Assembly: GCA_040954595.2 (NCBI GenBank)
Contig: JBECUI020000024.1
Span: 248,001-312,000 of the forward strand
Length of the DNA: 64,000 nt
DNA from: Balanoglossus misakiensis
Lineage: Eukaryota > Animalia > Hemichordata
Direction of reading: 5' to 3'
A model generated the notes under the pieces. It had not been told where the DNA came from. It searched no databases and saw only the letters and a program-made list of their open reading frames with translations. Made by a program: the position numbers and the translations under genes. This document shows positions 1 through 12,000 of the stretch, piece after piece (position 1 is the stretch's first letter; each line of letters opens with the position of its first letter).

Positions 1-907
1 GGCAAGAAATTTTGACCCTATACTGGTCCATGTTCAACAAAAACCAAACCTATAGCCCTATTGGTTAGCCTGGAATTAGGTATGCACATAATTAATGAGA
101 TATGCAGGTGTCACTGGTGACCCATATTTTGGCTTTTCAATTTTAGTCCCAACCCTCCAAACGCCAAGTCTGTACCTGCTCTGGATGCCGAGATATAGGA
201 AAGTAGGTCAAAGGTCACCTGAGGTCACCCAAAATTTGGGCAAAAAATTTTGACCCTATACTGGTCCATGTCCCACAAGAACGAAACCTCTAGCCCTATT
301 AGTTAGCCCGGAATTAGGTATGCACATAATTAATGTGTTAAGAAGGTGTTACAGGTGAGCCCAAAAATTTGCCTTTTATTTTGGCCCCATTGTGCTCACT
401 GACCAATAGACAGTCACTGTACAGGACTATTGCACAGACCAGAATTCCACAATAAGACGTGGACATAGCTTAACCATAGAGGTATAAGTAAAGGTATAAA
501 TTTAATAAAAAGACTAAAAAATTCATAAAAAATAAAACATCCATGATATCAACTTAACACTTACAGGTCGGTGTGAGGTTGACATAAGGTACATACATAC
601 CAATTTTCAAAGCAATCTGACCAGTAGTTGCTGACTTACAGAGTTTTGATCAATTTCACATTTTACAAGCATATTTGCATATTTTTGGGCCTGGCAACTT
701 TGTTTGGACAAACTCCCATCTACAGCCCTGCCTGCACCTACACACCAAATATTGAGGTGATACGCGCAGCGGTTTTCAAGTTTTTGATGTGGACGGACAT
801 ACAGACATACATACATCCATCCATCCATCCATCCATCCATACATACATACAGACGCAACCCATCCCATAAGGTCCCATGGTATATAGGCCTATACCAATG
901 GGACCTA
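1..907 (-). mobile_element. Non-autonomous Helentron/DINE-1-like element (HINE), partial; its other end lies before the window; inserted into the LINE
   Basis: Terminal hairpin aggtcccat-ggtata...tatacc-a-atgggacct (870-906) next to an A run (TT on minus strand) and an adjacent (CATA/CATC)n microsatellite. Internal ~238-bp direct repeat (1-120 vs 239-360). Core motifs (ggtcaaaggtcacctgaggtcacc, tagccctattggttagcctggaatta) are shared with the complete element at 62606-63761. Confidence 0.65.
796..854. repeat. (CATA)n/(CATC)n tetranucleotide microsatellite within the HINE
   Basis: Directly visible gacatacagacatacatacatccatccatcc...catacatacagac. Confidence 0.95.
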
Positions 908-912
908 AAAAA

Positions 913-2856
913 TCAATTGACCAGAAACACAAGCTCTACTCAAATGTCTTAAAAACTAATTATCGGCCAGACGTCTTTACAAAATACAAATGCTACCGGA
1001 ACATGCTTACAAATATTCTGAAAAAGGCTAAGCAAGATTATTATTCTGACCAGTTTACATACTATCAAGCAGATACTAGTAAGACATAGAAAATTATTAA
1101 TGATATTTTGAGGGGTGGTGGTAAACATGTAAATCTACCAAGTAGTTTACAAATGTCTTCAGCTGGTCGGCAGACTACCCTGATCACCCATTGTGACATT
1201 GTCAATGGGTTTAATGAGTTTTTTGTCTAAATTGGAGAGGCTCTTGCTAGTAGTATAACTCATTCAAACAAAAGTTACTTGTTATACTTATCACATTGTA
1301 CATTGCATTCTTTTTTTCTTCAAGGAACCTCTGAACAAGAAGTTTTTAAATTACTTCAAGCATTAGATACGCGGAAGGCAGTGGGTTATGACTACATTAG
1401 CCCAAAATTGTTAATCAATGCAGCATTATATATTTCTAAGCCTCTTAGTTATATTATCAATTTAACGATCACAACTTGAATTTTCCCAGATTCCTTAAAA
1501 ATAGCAAAAGTGACTCCTATCTTCAAAAAAGGAGAGACGACTGATCCAGGTAATTTTAGACCAGTGTCTGTATTGCCACAAATTAGTAAAATTTTTGAAA
1601 AACTTATTAATAAGCAAATTATTTCCTATTTTAACAAATTTGATTTACTGTACCCTTACCAGTATGGCTTCAGAGAGAATTATAGTACTAAATTGGCAAT
1701 TGTGGAACAAGCACAGAAAATTCTGGACGAAATTGATATGGGAAATAAGGTTAACAGGATATTTCTTGACTTGAAGAAAGCATTTGACACCGCGAATCAT
1801 GACATTTTGATAGACAAACTGGACAATTATGGTGTTAGGGGACTCCCTAAAAATCTTTTTAGAAGCTATTTGACCAACAGAAGGCAACATGTAAATGTAA
1901 ATGGGGTACGATCAGATGAATTACAAATATCCTGTGGAGTTCCACAAGGTTCTGTGCTGGGTCCAACACTTTTTCTCATCTATGTAAATGATATAACAGG
2001 GGCAGCAAGGTATTTTGACACGCGTCTATTTGCAGACGATACCAGTCTATTTCATACATTTAATCCAAGAAATATATTAGATCTCTCAGAAGTTAATTCA
2101 CAATTGAAAAATTTTATAAACTGGTGTGATGCCAACAAATTAACTGTACACTCAAAGAAAACTGAATATGTTATTTTTAGAGGTAAGAACGTGTCAGTAG
2201 AGACAACAGGAGAAATTGATGTTAAAGGGGTAACAATAGACGAAGTACAAACAACTAAGTATATCGGTGTAGAAATAGACAATAAGTTAACATGGAAACA
2301 TCACATTAGAAATGTAAACAGAACGATTAGTATGAAGACTGGTATTCTTTATAGGTTAAGGGATGTTGTCCCACGACATATTCTTATACTATTGTACAAT
2401 TGTTTTATCCTCCCACACATTTCCTATGCTATAGAAACTTGGGGAAATACTTATTTATCTTTTTTGAGGCCAATACTTGTTACACAGAAAAGAATTGTAC
2501 GTGTATTGGCGGGATCAGACCGTCTTGCACACTCTTCACCATTGTTTAATGAGTTACATATTTTGAATGTATACAAGCAACGTGATCTTCAACTGTCCTT
2601 GTTTGTTCATGATGCTCTTAATGGCAAGCTTCCACCAGGATTCTCAGAGTATTTCGTTCCTATTCAACACTCTTATCATACCAGATCAAAAGATATAGGT
2701 GATCTTTTTATTCCGAAATATAACAGTAATGCTGGCCAAAATTCCATAAAGTACACTGCAGCAAAGGTTTGGAATAAACTTCCTGAAAATATGCGCTCAA
2801 CAAGGTCAAAATTTTCATTTAAGAAACATATGAAATCCTTGTTAGGAAAAGTATAG
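913..2856 (+). pseudogene. LINE ORF2 reverse transcriptase, disrupted by three in-frame stops (1087-1089, 1228-1230, 1477-1479); 1510-2856 remains open (448 aa)
   Basis: ORF pieces 877, 1279 and 1510 are in one frame. Motifs PIFKKG..NFRPVSVLP..SKIFEK, FLDLKKAFDT, GVPQGSVLGP.LFLIYVND, LFADDT; C-terminal YAIETWG/QKRIVR/HSYHTR/WNKLP typical of CR1-group ORF2. Confidence 0.9.
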
Positions 2857-3057
2857 TTTGACTTTTATTTCTTCCTTTTGTATGTATTACTAACCAAGTG
2901 TTCTACTGTTCACCATGAGGGGATGGACTTGACTAGTGCGAATGCACTATTTTTCCTACCTCCTTTTTCACTTAAATAGTACATTTTCTTTTTCACCATT
3001 CGATGTAAAAAAATTGGAAGTGAAATAAATTTGATTGATTGATTGATTGATTGATTG
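913..3057 (+). mobile_element. Non-LTR retrotransposon (LINE), CR1 group (L2/Crack/CR1-like), 3' portion
   Basis: RT-encoding frame. Short 3' UTR with stem-loop tagtgc-gaat-gcacta (2934-2949), AATAAA (~3023) and (TTGA)n tail joined directly to a satellite monomer. Confidence 0.9.
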
Positions 3058-3058
3058 A
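3030..3058 (+). repeat. (TTGA)n 3' tail of the LINE
   Basis: ttgattgattgattgattgattgattga immediately after aataaat. Confidence 0.9.
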
Positions 3059-6000
3059 CTGGCGTAAGTTATCAACGGTGATTACGTCGGATTTCCTACG
3101 GCCTGGTTTAGCTGAAGCCCCGGCACTTTAGAGCGGAAACACGCGTACATTGACCACGATGATCAAGTCAGATCTCCTACGGCCTGGCTCGACTAAAACC
3201 CCGGCACACCATGACAGACACTAGCGTTCGTTAGCAACGGTGGTCAAGTCGGATTTCCTTCGGCCTGGCTCTGCAAAAGACCCGACACTCTAGTACAAAG
3301 ACGTTGGCTAAGTCGGGCAAACCGAAGAGGGAAAGTCACAGCGGGTCAACACTCGACATTTGTTCGGGTAGGACTGCATTATTGCCTGTCAATTTATAGA
3401 GAAAGCCCGAATTTAACCAGGGCGCTTCAAACACCGACGTTAGTTGGGAGCACGGCCTGCAGTACTGCCGGGTAAGCTGACATCGGCATACCGCATATAA
3501 TGTAGGGGGGGGGGGGGAACAGAACGGTTCAATACTACATTTATTAGATATCAGCTAATTTTGGACAATCATCTAAAATCTAAATCATGTTTTCATATTT
3601 GGATATCTGATGATGTATGAAATTTCCATTATATGTAAAAATGGTGCTGATTATAAAAAATGCACTCTGAATGAGCTGATTTAATACAAGATTGCGTTTT
3701 ATTCGTTTTTGCACCAAAAAGGTCATTTTAAGGCAAAACAGTCTTTATTTTTTTTAATTCGGTGACCTGATCATATATAAACAATTGCTTGTATGTTTAA
3801 AGTTTTTATGACTTTTAAAAGCAGTGACACTGGCGGCATTCAACACGAAAATAACAATTTTAGCAACAATTTGGTCAAAATGGTAAATTTTTGAAAATTA
3901 CAAAAAATACCTGTTTTCTACATTTTCGGAAATCTGATGGAGTATAGAATGCTCTTCGTATGTATATATCGATAAAAATTCCACAAATGACCGTCTAATT
4001 TGGCTCACTGCAGACAAAATTGCGTTTTACCAAATTTTCCTTGAAAATGTCATTTTTAGAAAAAGAAAAAAAAAAAAAAAAACCTTTGTTCTTCGAATTT
4101 GGTGCCCTGATCATATATGACATGTTGATTGTAAGTTAAGACTTTCGAACACTCCAAAAATGCAGAGATATTGACTGACTTCAAGAAAAAATAGCCATTT
4201 TGGCCATATTTTGTCAAAAATGGTAAATTTTTAAAAAATCATAAAAAATTAACTCTTTTCTTCATTTTCGGAAATATTATGGAGCATAAAGTGTCGTCCT
4301 CTTGTAAAAAGTGCTGCAAATTCCAGAAAAGGCGGTATAATTTGAATCATCCAAGACAAAATTACCATTTTCGACTTTTTTTCGAAAAATTGTCTTTTTT
4401 ACAAAATAAATAAGAATAAATTCTTTTCTTAGTTTCAAACGGGTAGAGATACTTTCCACACGGGTTTTCTAACATTGAATTCCCGTTCATCAACTCAGAT
4501 TTCTTACAGCATAAGTCGGCTAAAACCCTGACACTCTAGAGCAGTAACAGTTGCACACTGGTAACGTTGAACAAGTCGATTTTTCTACGGCTTGGCTCGG
4601 CTAAATCCCGCGTCACAATATGACAGACACTAGCGTAGGTTAGCAACGGTGATCAAGTCAGATTTTCTACGGCATGGCTTGGATAAAGCCCCGGCACTCT
4701 AGAGCAGAAACACGCGTACAGAGACCACGTTGATCAAGTCTGATCTCCTACGGCTTGGCTCGACTAAAACCCCGGCACACTATGACAGACACTAGCGTTC
4801 GTTAGCAACGTTGATCAAGTCAGATTTCCTACGGCATGGCTTGGCTAAAGCCCTGGCACTCTAGAGCAGAAACACGCGTACAGAGACCACGTTGATCTAC
4901 TCACTTTTCCTTCGGCCTGGCACGGCTGATGCCCCGGCACTATATATAGGACACAAACTGGCGTAAGTTAACAACGGTAATCACGTCGGGTTTCCTACGG
5001 CCTGGCTCAGCTGAAGCCCCGGCACTCTAGAGCAGAAACAGGCGTACATTGACCACGTTGATCAAGTAAGATTTCCTACGGCGTGACTCGGCTGGTGCAC
5101 CGGCTCTATATGACACAGACTGGCGTAAGTTATCAACGGTGATTACATCGGATTTCCTACGGCCTGGTTTAGCTGAAGCCCCGGCACTTTAGAGCGGAAA
5201 CACGCGTACATTGACCACGATGATCAAGTCAGATCTCCTACGGCCTGGCTCGACTAAAACCCCGGCACACCATGACAGACACTAGCGTTCGTTAGCAAAG
5301 GTGATCAAGTCGGATTTCCTTCGGCCTGGCTCTGCAAAAGACCCGACACTCTAGTACAAAGACGTTGGCTAAGTCGGGCAAACCGAAGAGGGAAAGTCAC
5401 AGCAGGTCAACACTCGACATTTGTTCCGGTAGGACTGCATTATTGCCTGTCAATTTATAGAGAAAGCCCGAATTTAACCAGGGCGTTTCAAACACCGACG
5501 TTAGTTGGGGGCATGGCCTGCAGTACTGCCGGGTAGGCTGACATCAGCGTACCGCATATAATGTAGGGGGGGGGGGGAACAGAACGGTTCAATACTACAT
5601 TTACCAGATATCAGCTAATTTTGGACAATCATCTAAAATGTATATCATCTTTTCATATTTGGATATCTGATGATGTATGAAATTTCCATTATATGTAAAA
5701 ATGGTGCTGATTATAAAAAATGCACTCTGAATGAGCTGATTTAATACAAAATTACGTTTTATTCGTTTTTGCACCTAAAAGGTCATTTTTAGGCAAAACA
5801 TTCTTTATTTTTGTAATTCGGTGACCTGATCATATATAAAGAATTGCTTGTATGTTAAAAGTTTTTATGATTTTTAAAAGCAGTGACACTGGCGGCATTC
5901 AACACGAAAATAACAATTTTAGCCACAATTTGGTCAAAATGGTAAATTTTTGAAAATTACAAAAAATGCCTGTTTTCTACATTTTCGGAAATCTGATGGA

Positions 6001-9000
6001 GTATAGAATGCTCTTCGTATGTATATATCGATACAAATTCCACAAAAGACCGTCTAATTTGGCTCACTGCAGACAAAATTGCGTTTTACCAAATTTTCCT
6101 TGAAAATGTCATTTTAGAAAAAAAATAAAAAACCTTTGTTCTTCGAATTTGGTGCCTGATCATATATGACATGTTGATTGTATGTTAAAACTTTCGGGCA
6201 CTCCAAAAATGCTGAGATATTGACGGAATTCAAGAAAAAATAGCCATTTTGGCCATATTTTGACAAAAATGGTAAATTTTTAAAAAGCATAAAAAATTAA
6301 CTCTTTTCTTCATTTTCGGAAATATTATGGAGCATGCAGTGTCGTTCTCTTGTAAAAAGTGCTGCAAATTCCAGAAAGGGCGGTATAATTTAAATCACCC
6401 AAGACAAAATTACCATTTTCGACTTTTTTTTCGAAATATTGTCTTTTTTACAAAATAAATAAGAATAAATTATTTTATTAGTTTCAAACGGGTAGAGATA
6501 CTTTCCACACAGGTTTTCTAACATTGAATTCCCGTTCATCAACTCAGAATTCCTACAGCATAAGTCGGCTAAAACCCTGACACTCTAGAGCAGAAACAGT
6601 TGCACACTGGTATCGTTGAACAAGTCGATTTTTCTACGGCCTGGCTCGGCTAAATCTCCGTCACAATATGACAGACACTAGCGTACGTTAGCAACGGTGA
6701 TCAAGTCAGATTTTCTACGGCATGGCTTGGCTAAAGCCCTGGCACTCTAGAGCAGAAACACGCGTACAGAGACCACGTTGATCTACTCACATTTTCTTCG
6801 GCCTGGCACAGCTGATGCCCCGGCACTATATATAGGACACAGACTGGCGTAAGTTAACAACGGTAATCACGTCGGGTTTCCTACGGCCTGGCTCAGCTGA
6901 AGCCCCGGCACTCTAGAGCAGAAACAGGCGTACATTGACCACGTTGATCAAGTCAGATTTCCTACGGCGTGACTCGGCTGGTGCACCGGCTCTATATGAC
7001 ACAGACTGGCGTAAGTTATCAACGGTGATTACGTCGGCTTTCCTACGGGCTGGTTTAGCTGAAGCCCCGGCACTTTAGAGCGGAAACACGCGTACATTGA
7101 CCACGATGATCAAGTCAGATCTCCTACGGCTTGGCTCGACTAAAACCCCGGCACACTATGACAGACACTAGCGTTCGTTAGCAACGTTGACCAAGTCAGA
7201 TTTCCTACGGCATGGCTTGGCTAAAGCCCTGGCATTCTAGAGCAGAAACACGCGTACAGAGACCACATTGATCTACTCACATTTCCTTACGCCTGGCACG
7301 GCTGATGCCCCGGCACTATATATAGGACACAGACTGGCGTGAGTTAACAACGGTAATCACGTCGGGTTTCTTACGGCCTGGATCAGCTGAAGCCCCGGCA
7401 CTCTAGAGCAGAAACAGGCGTACATTGACCACGTTGATCAAGTCAGATTTCCTACGGCCTGGCTCGACTAAAACCCCGGCACACCATGACAGACACTAGC
7501 GTTCGTTAGCAACGGTGATCAAGTCGGATTTCCTTCGGCCTGGCTCGGTAAAAGACCCGACACTCTAGTACAAAGACGTTGGCTAAGTCGGGCCAAACGA
7601 AGAGGGAAAGTCACAGCGGGTCAACACTCGACATTTGTTCGGGTAGGACTACATTATTGCCTGTCAATTTATAGAGAAAGCCCGAATTTAACCAGGGCGT
7701 TTCAAACACAGACGTTAGTTGGGGGCACGGCCTGCAGTACTGCCTGGTAAGCTGACATCGGCGTACCGCATATAATGTAGGGGGGGGGGGGGGGGAACAG
7801 AACGGTTCAATACTACATTTATTAGATATCAGCTAATTTTGGACAATCATCTAAAATCTAAATCATTTTTTCATATTTGGATATCTGATGATGTATGAAA
7901 TTTCCATTATATGTAAAAATGGTGCTGATTATAAAAAATGCACTCTGAATGAGCTGATTTAATACAAAATTACGTTTTATTCGTTTTTGCACCTAAAAGG
8001 TCATTTTTAGGCAAAACATTCTTTATTTTTTTAATTCGGTGACCTGATCATATATAAAGAATTGCTTGTATGTTAAAAGTTTTTATGACTTTTAAAAGCA
8101 GTGACACTGGCGGCATTCAACACGAAAATAACAATTTTAGCCACAATTTGGTCAAAATGGAAAATTTTTCAAAATTACAAAAAATACCTGTTTTCTACAT
8201 ATTCGGAAATCTGATGGAGTATAGAATGCTCTTCGTATGTATATATCGATACAAATTCCACAAAAGACCGTCTAATTTGGCTCACTGCAGACAAAATTGC
8301 GTTTTACCAAATATTCCTTGAAAATATCATTTTTAGAAAAAAAATAAAAAAACCTTTGTTCTTCGAATTTGGTGCCCCGATCATATATGACATGTTGATT
8401 GTATGTTAAAACTTTCGACCACTCCAAAAATGCAGAGATATTGACGGAATTCAAGATAAAATAGCCATTTTGGCCATATTTTGACAAAAATGGTAAATTT
8501 TTAAAAAATCTTAAAAAATTAACTCTTTTCTTCATTTTCGGAAATATTATGGAGCATGAAGTGTCGTTCTCTTGTAAAAAGTGCTGCATATTCCAGAAAA
8601 GGTGGTATAATTTGAATCACCCAAGACAAAATTACCATTTTCGCCTTTTTTTCGAAAAATTGTCTTTTTTACAAAATAAATAAGAATAAATTCTTTTCTT
8701 AGTTTCAAACGGGTAGAGATACTTTCCACACGGGTTTTCTAACATTGAATTCCCGTTCATCAACTCTGATTTCCTACAGCATAAATCGGCTACAACCCTG
8801 ACACTCTAGAGCAGAAACAGTTGCACACTGATAACGTTGAACAAGTCGATTTTTTTACGGCCTGGCTCGGCTAAATCTCCGTCACAATATGACAGACACT
8901 AGCGTACGTTAGCAACGGTGATCAAGTCAGATTTTCTACAGCATGGCTTGGATAAAGCCCCGGCACTCTAGAGCAGAAACACGCGTACAGAGACCACGTT

Positions 9001-12000
9001 GATCAAGTCTGATCTCCTACGGCTTGGCTCGACTAAAACCCCGGCACACTATGATAGACACTAGCGTTCGTTAGCAACGTTGATCAAGTCAGATTTCCTA
9101 CGGCATGGCTTGGCTAAAGCCCTGGCACTCTAGAGCAGAAACACGCGTACAGAGACCACGTTGATCTACTCACATTTCCTTCGGCCTGGCACGGCTGATG
9201 CCCCGGCACTATATATAGGACACAGACTGGCGTAAGTTAACAACGGTAATCACGTCGGGTTTCCTACGGCCTGGCTCAGCTGAAGACCCGGCACTCTAGA
9301 GCAGAAACAGGCGTACATTGACCACGTTGATCAAGTCAGATTTCCTACGGCGTGACTCGGCTGGTGCACCGGCTCTATATGACACAGACTGGCGTAAGTT
9401 ATCAACGGTGATTACGTCGGATTTCCTACGGCCTGGTTTAGCTGAAGCACCGGCGCTTTAGAGCGGAAACACGCGTACATTGACCACGATGATCAAGTCA
9501 GATCTCCTACGGCCTGGCTCGACTAAAACCCCGGCACACCATGACAGACACTAGCGTTCGTTAGCAACGGTGATCAAGTCGGATTTCTTTCGGCCTGGCT
9601 CTGCAAAAGACCCGACACTCTAGTACAAAGACGATGGCTAAGTCGGGCAAACCGAAGAGGGAAAGTCACAGCGGGTCAACACTCGACATTTGTTCGGGTA
9701 GGACTGCATTATTGCCTGTCAATTTATAGAGAGAGCCCGAATTTAACCAGGGCGTTTCAAACACCGACGTTAGTTGGGGGCACGGCCTTCAGTACTGCCG
9801 GGTAAGCTGACATCGGCGTACCGCATATAATGTAGGGGGGGGGGGTGACAGAACGGTTCAATACTACATTTATTAGATATCAGCTAATTTTGGACAATCA
9901 TCTAAAATCTAAATCATTTTTTCATATTTGGATGTCTGATGATGTATGAAATTTCCATTATATGTAAAAAAGGTGCTGATTATAAAAAATGCACTCTGAA
10001 TGAACTGATTTAATACAAGATTGCATTTTATTCGTTTTTGCACCAAAAAGGTCATTTTTAGGCAAAACATTCTTTATTTTATTAATTCGGTGACCTGATC
10101 ATATATAAACAATTGCTTGTATGTTAAAAGTTTTTATGACTTTTAAAAGCAGTGACACTGGCGGCATTCATCACGAAAATAACAATTTTAGCCACAATTT
10201 GGTCAAAAATTGTAAATTTTTGAAAATTACGAAAAATACCTGTTTTCTACATTTTCGGAAATCTGATGGAGTTTAGAATGCTCTTCGTATGTATATATCG
10301 ATACAAATTCCACAAAAGACCGTCTAATTTGGCTCACTGCAGACAAAATTGCGTTTTACCAAATTTTCCTTGAAAATGTCATTTTAGAAAAAAAAATAAA
10401 AAACCTTTGTTCTTCGAATTTGATGCCCTGATCATATATGACATGTTCATTGTATGTTAAAGCTTTCGACCACTCCAAAAATGCTGAGATATTGACGGAA
10501 TTCAAGAAAAAATAGCCATTTTGGCCATATTTTGGCAAAAATGGTAAATTTTAAAAAAATCTTTAAAAATTAACTCTTTTCTTCATTTTCGGAAATATTA
10601 TGGAGCATGAAGTGTCGTTCTCTTGTAAAAAGTGCTGCAAATTCCAGAAAAGGCGGTATAATTTAAATCACCCAAGACAAAATTACCATTTTCGACTTTT
10701 TTTCGAAAAATTGTCTTTTTTTACAAAATAAATAAGAATAAATTCTTTTCTTAGTTTCAAACGGGTAGAGATACCTTCCACACAGGTTTTCTAACATTGA
10801 ATTCCCATTCATCAACTCAGATTTCCTACAGCATAAGTCGGCTAAAACCCTGACACTCTAGAGCAGAAACAGTTGCTCACTGGTAACGTTGAACAAGTCG
10901 ATTTTTCTACGGCCTGGCTCGGCTAAATCTCCGTCACAATATGACAGACACTAGCGTACGTTAGCAACGGTGATCAAGTCAGATTTCCTACGGCATGGCT
11001 TGGCTAAAGCCCTGGCACTCTAGAGCAGAAACACGCGTACAGAGACCACGTTGATCTACTCACATTTCCTTCGGCCTGGCACAGCTGATGCCCCGGCACT
11101 ATATATAGGACACAGACTGGCGTAAGTTAACAACGGTAATCACGTCGGGTTTCCTACGGCCTGGCTCAGCTGAAGCCCCGGCACTCTAGAGCAGAAACAG
11201 GCGTACATTGACCACGTTGATCAAGTCAGATTTCCTACGGCGTGACTCGGCTGGTGCACCGGCTCTATATGACACAGACTGGCGTAAGTTATCAACGGTG
11301 ATTACGTCGGCTTTCCTACGGCCTGGTTTAGCTGAAGCCCCGGCACTTTAGAGCGGAAACACGCGTACATTGACCACGATGATCAAGTCAGATCTCCTAC
11401 GGCTTGGCTCGACTAAAACCCCGGCACACTATGACAGACACTAGCGTTCGTTAGCAACGTTGACCAAGTCAGATTTCCTACGGCATGGCTTGGCTAAAGC
11501 CCTGGCATTCTAGAGCAGAAACACGCGTACAGAGACCACATTGATCTACTCACATTTCCTTACGCCTGGCACGGCTGATGCCCAGGCACTATATATAGGA
11601 CACAGACTGGCGTGAGTTAACAACGGTAATCACGTCGCGTTTCTTACGGCCTGGATCAGCTGAAGCCCCGGCACTCTAGAGCAGAAACAGGCGTACATTG
11701 ACCACGTTGATCAAGTCAGATTTCCTACGGCCTGGCTCGACTAAAACCCCGGCACACCATGACAGACACTAGCGTTCGTTAGCAACGGTGATCAAGTCGG
11801 ATTTCCTTCGGCCTGGCTCGGCAAAAGACCCGACACTCTAGTACAAAGACGTTGGCTAAGTCGGGCCAAACGAAGAGGGAAAGTCACAGCGGGTCAACAC
11901 TCGACATTTGTTCGGGTAGGACTACATTATTGCCTGTCAATTTATAGAGAAAGCCCGAATTTAACCAGGGCGTTTCAAACACCGACGTTAGTTGGGGGCA

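Noticed and set aside
607-932. ORFs with MDGW/IHPS repeats
   Set aside because: Translations of the (CATC)n microsatellite.
3240-3480. U2 snRNA-like words (cggcct, ttggctaag, gatcaagt, tgcagtac) or a 5S rRNA/tRNA gene in the 2-kb unit
   Set aside because: The words are not collinear with U2 and the GTGTAGTA branch-pairing sequence is absent; no 5S sequence or complete cloverleaf is recognisable.
4455-4475. cacgggttttctaac resembling a Helitron 3' end, implying the unit is a tandem Helitron
   Set aside because: The upstream arm of the hairpin is missing and CTAG occurs here in only one unit.
4488-5385. 81-bp monomer equals 27 codons, suggesting a repeat protein
   Set aside because: No long ORF on either strand in the ORF track, stop codons recur in the monomers, and one monomer is longer than 81 bp.
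4488-5385. CRISPR-like appearance of regularly spaced short repeats
   Set aside because: No unique spacers (whole monomers are homologous), no cas genes, and the context is eukaryotic TEs.
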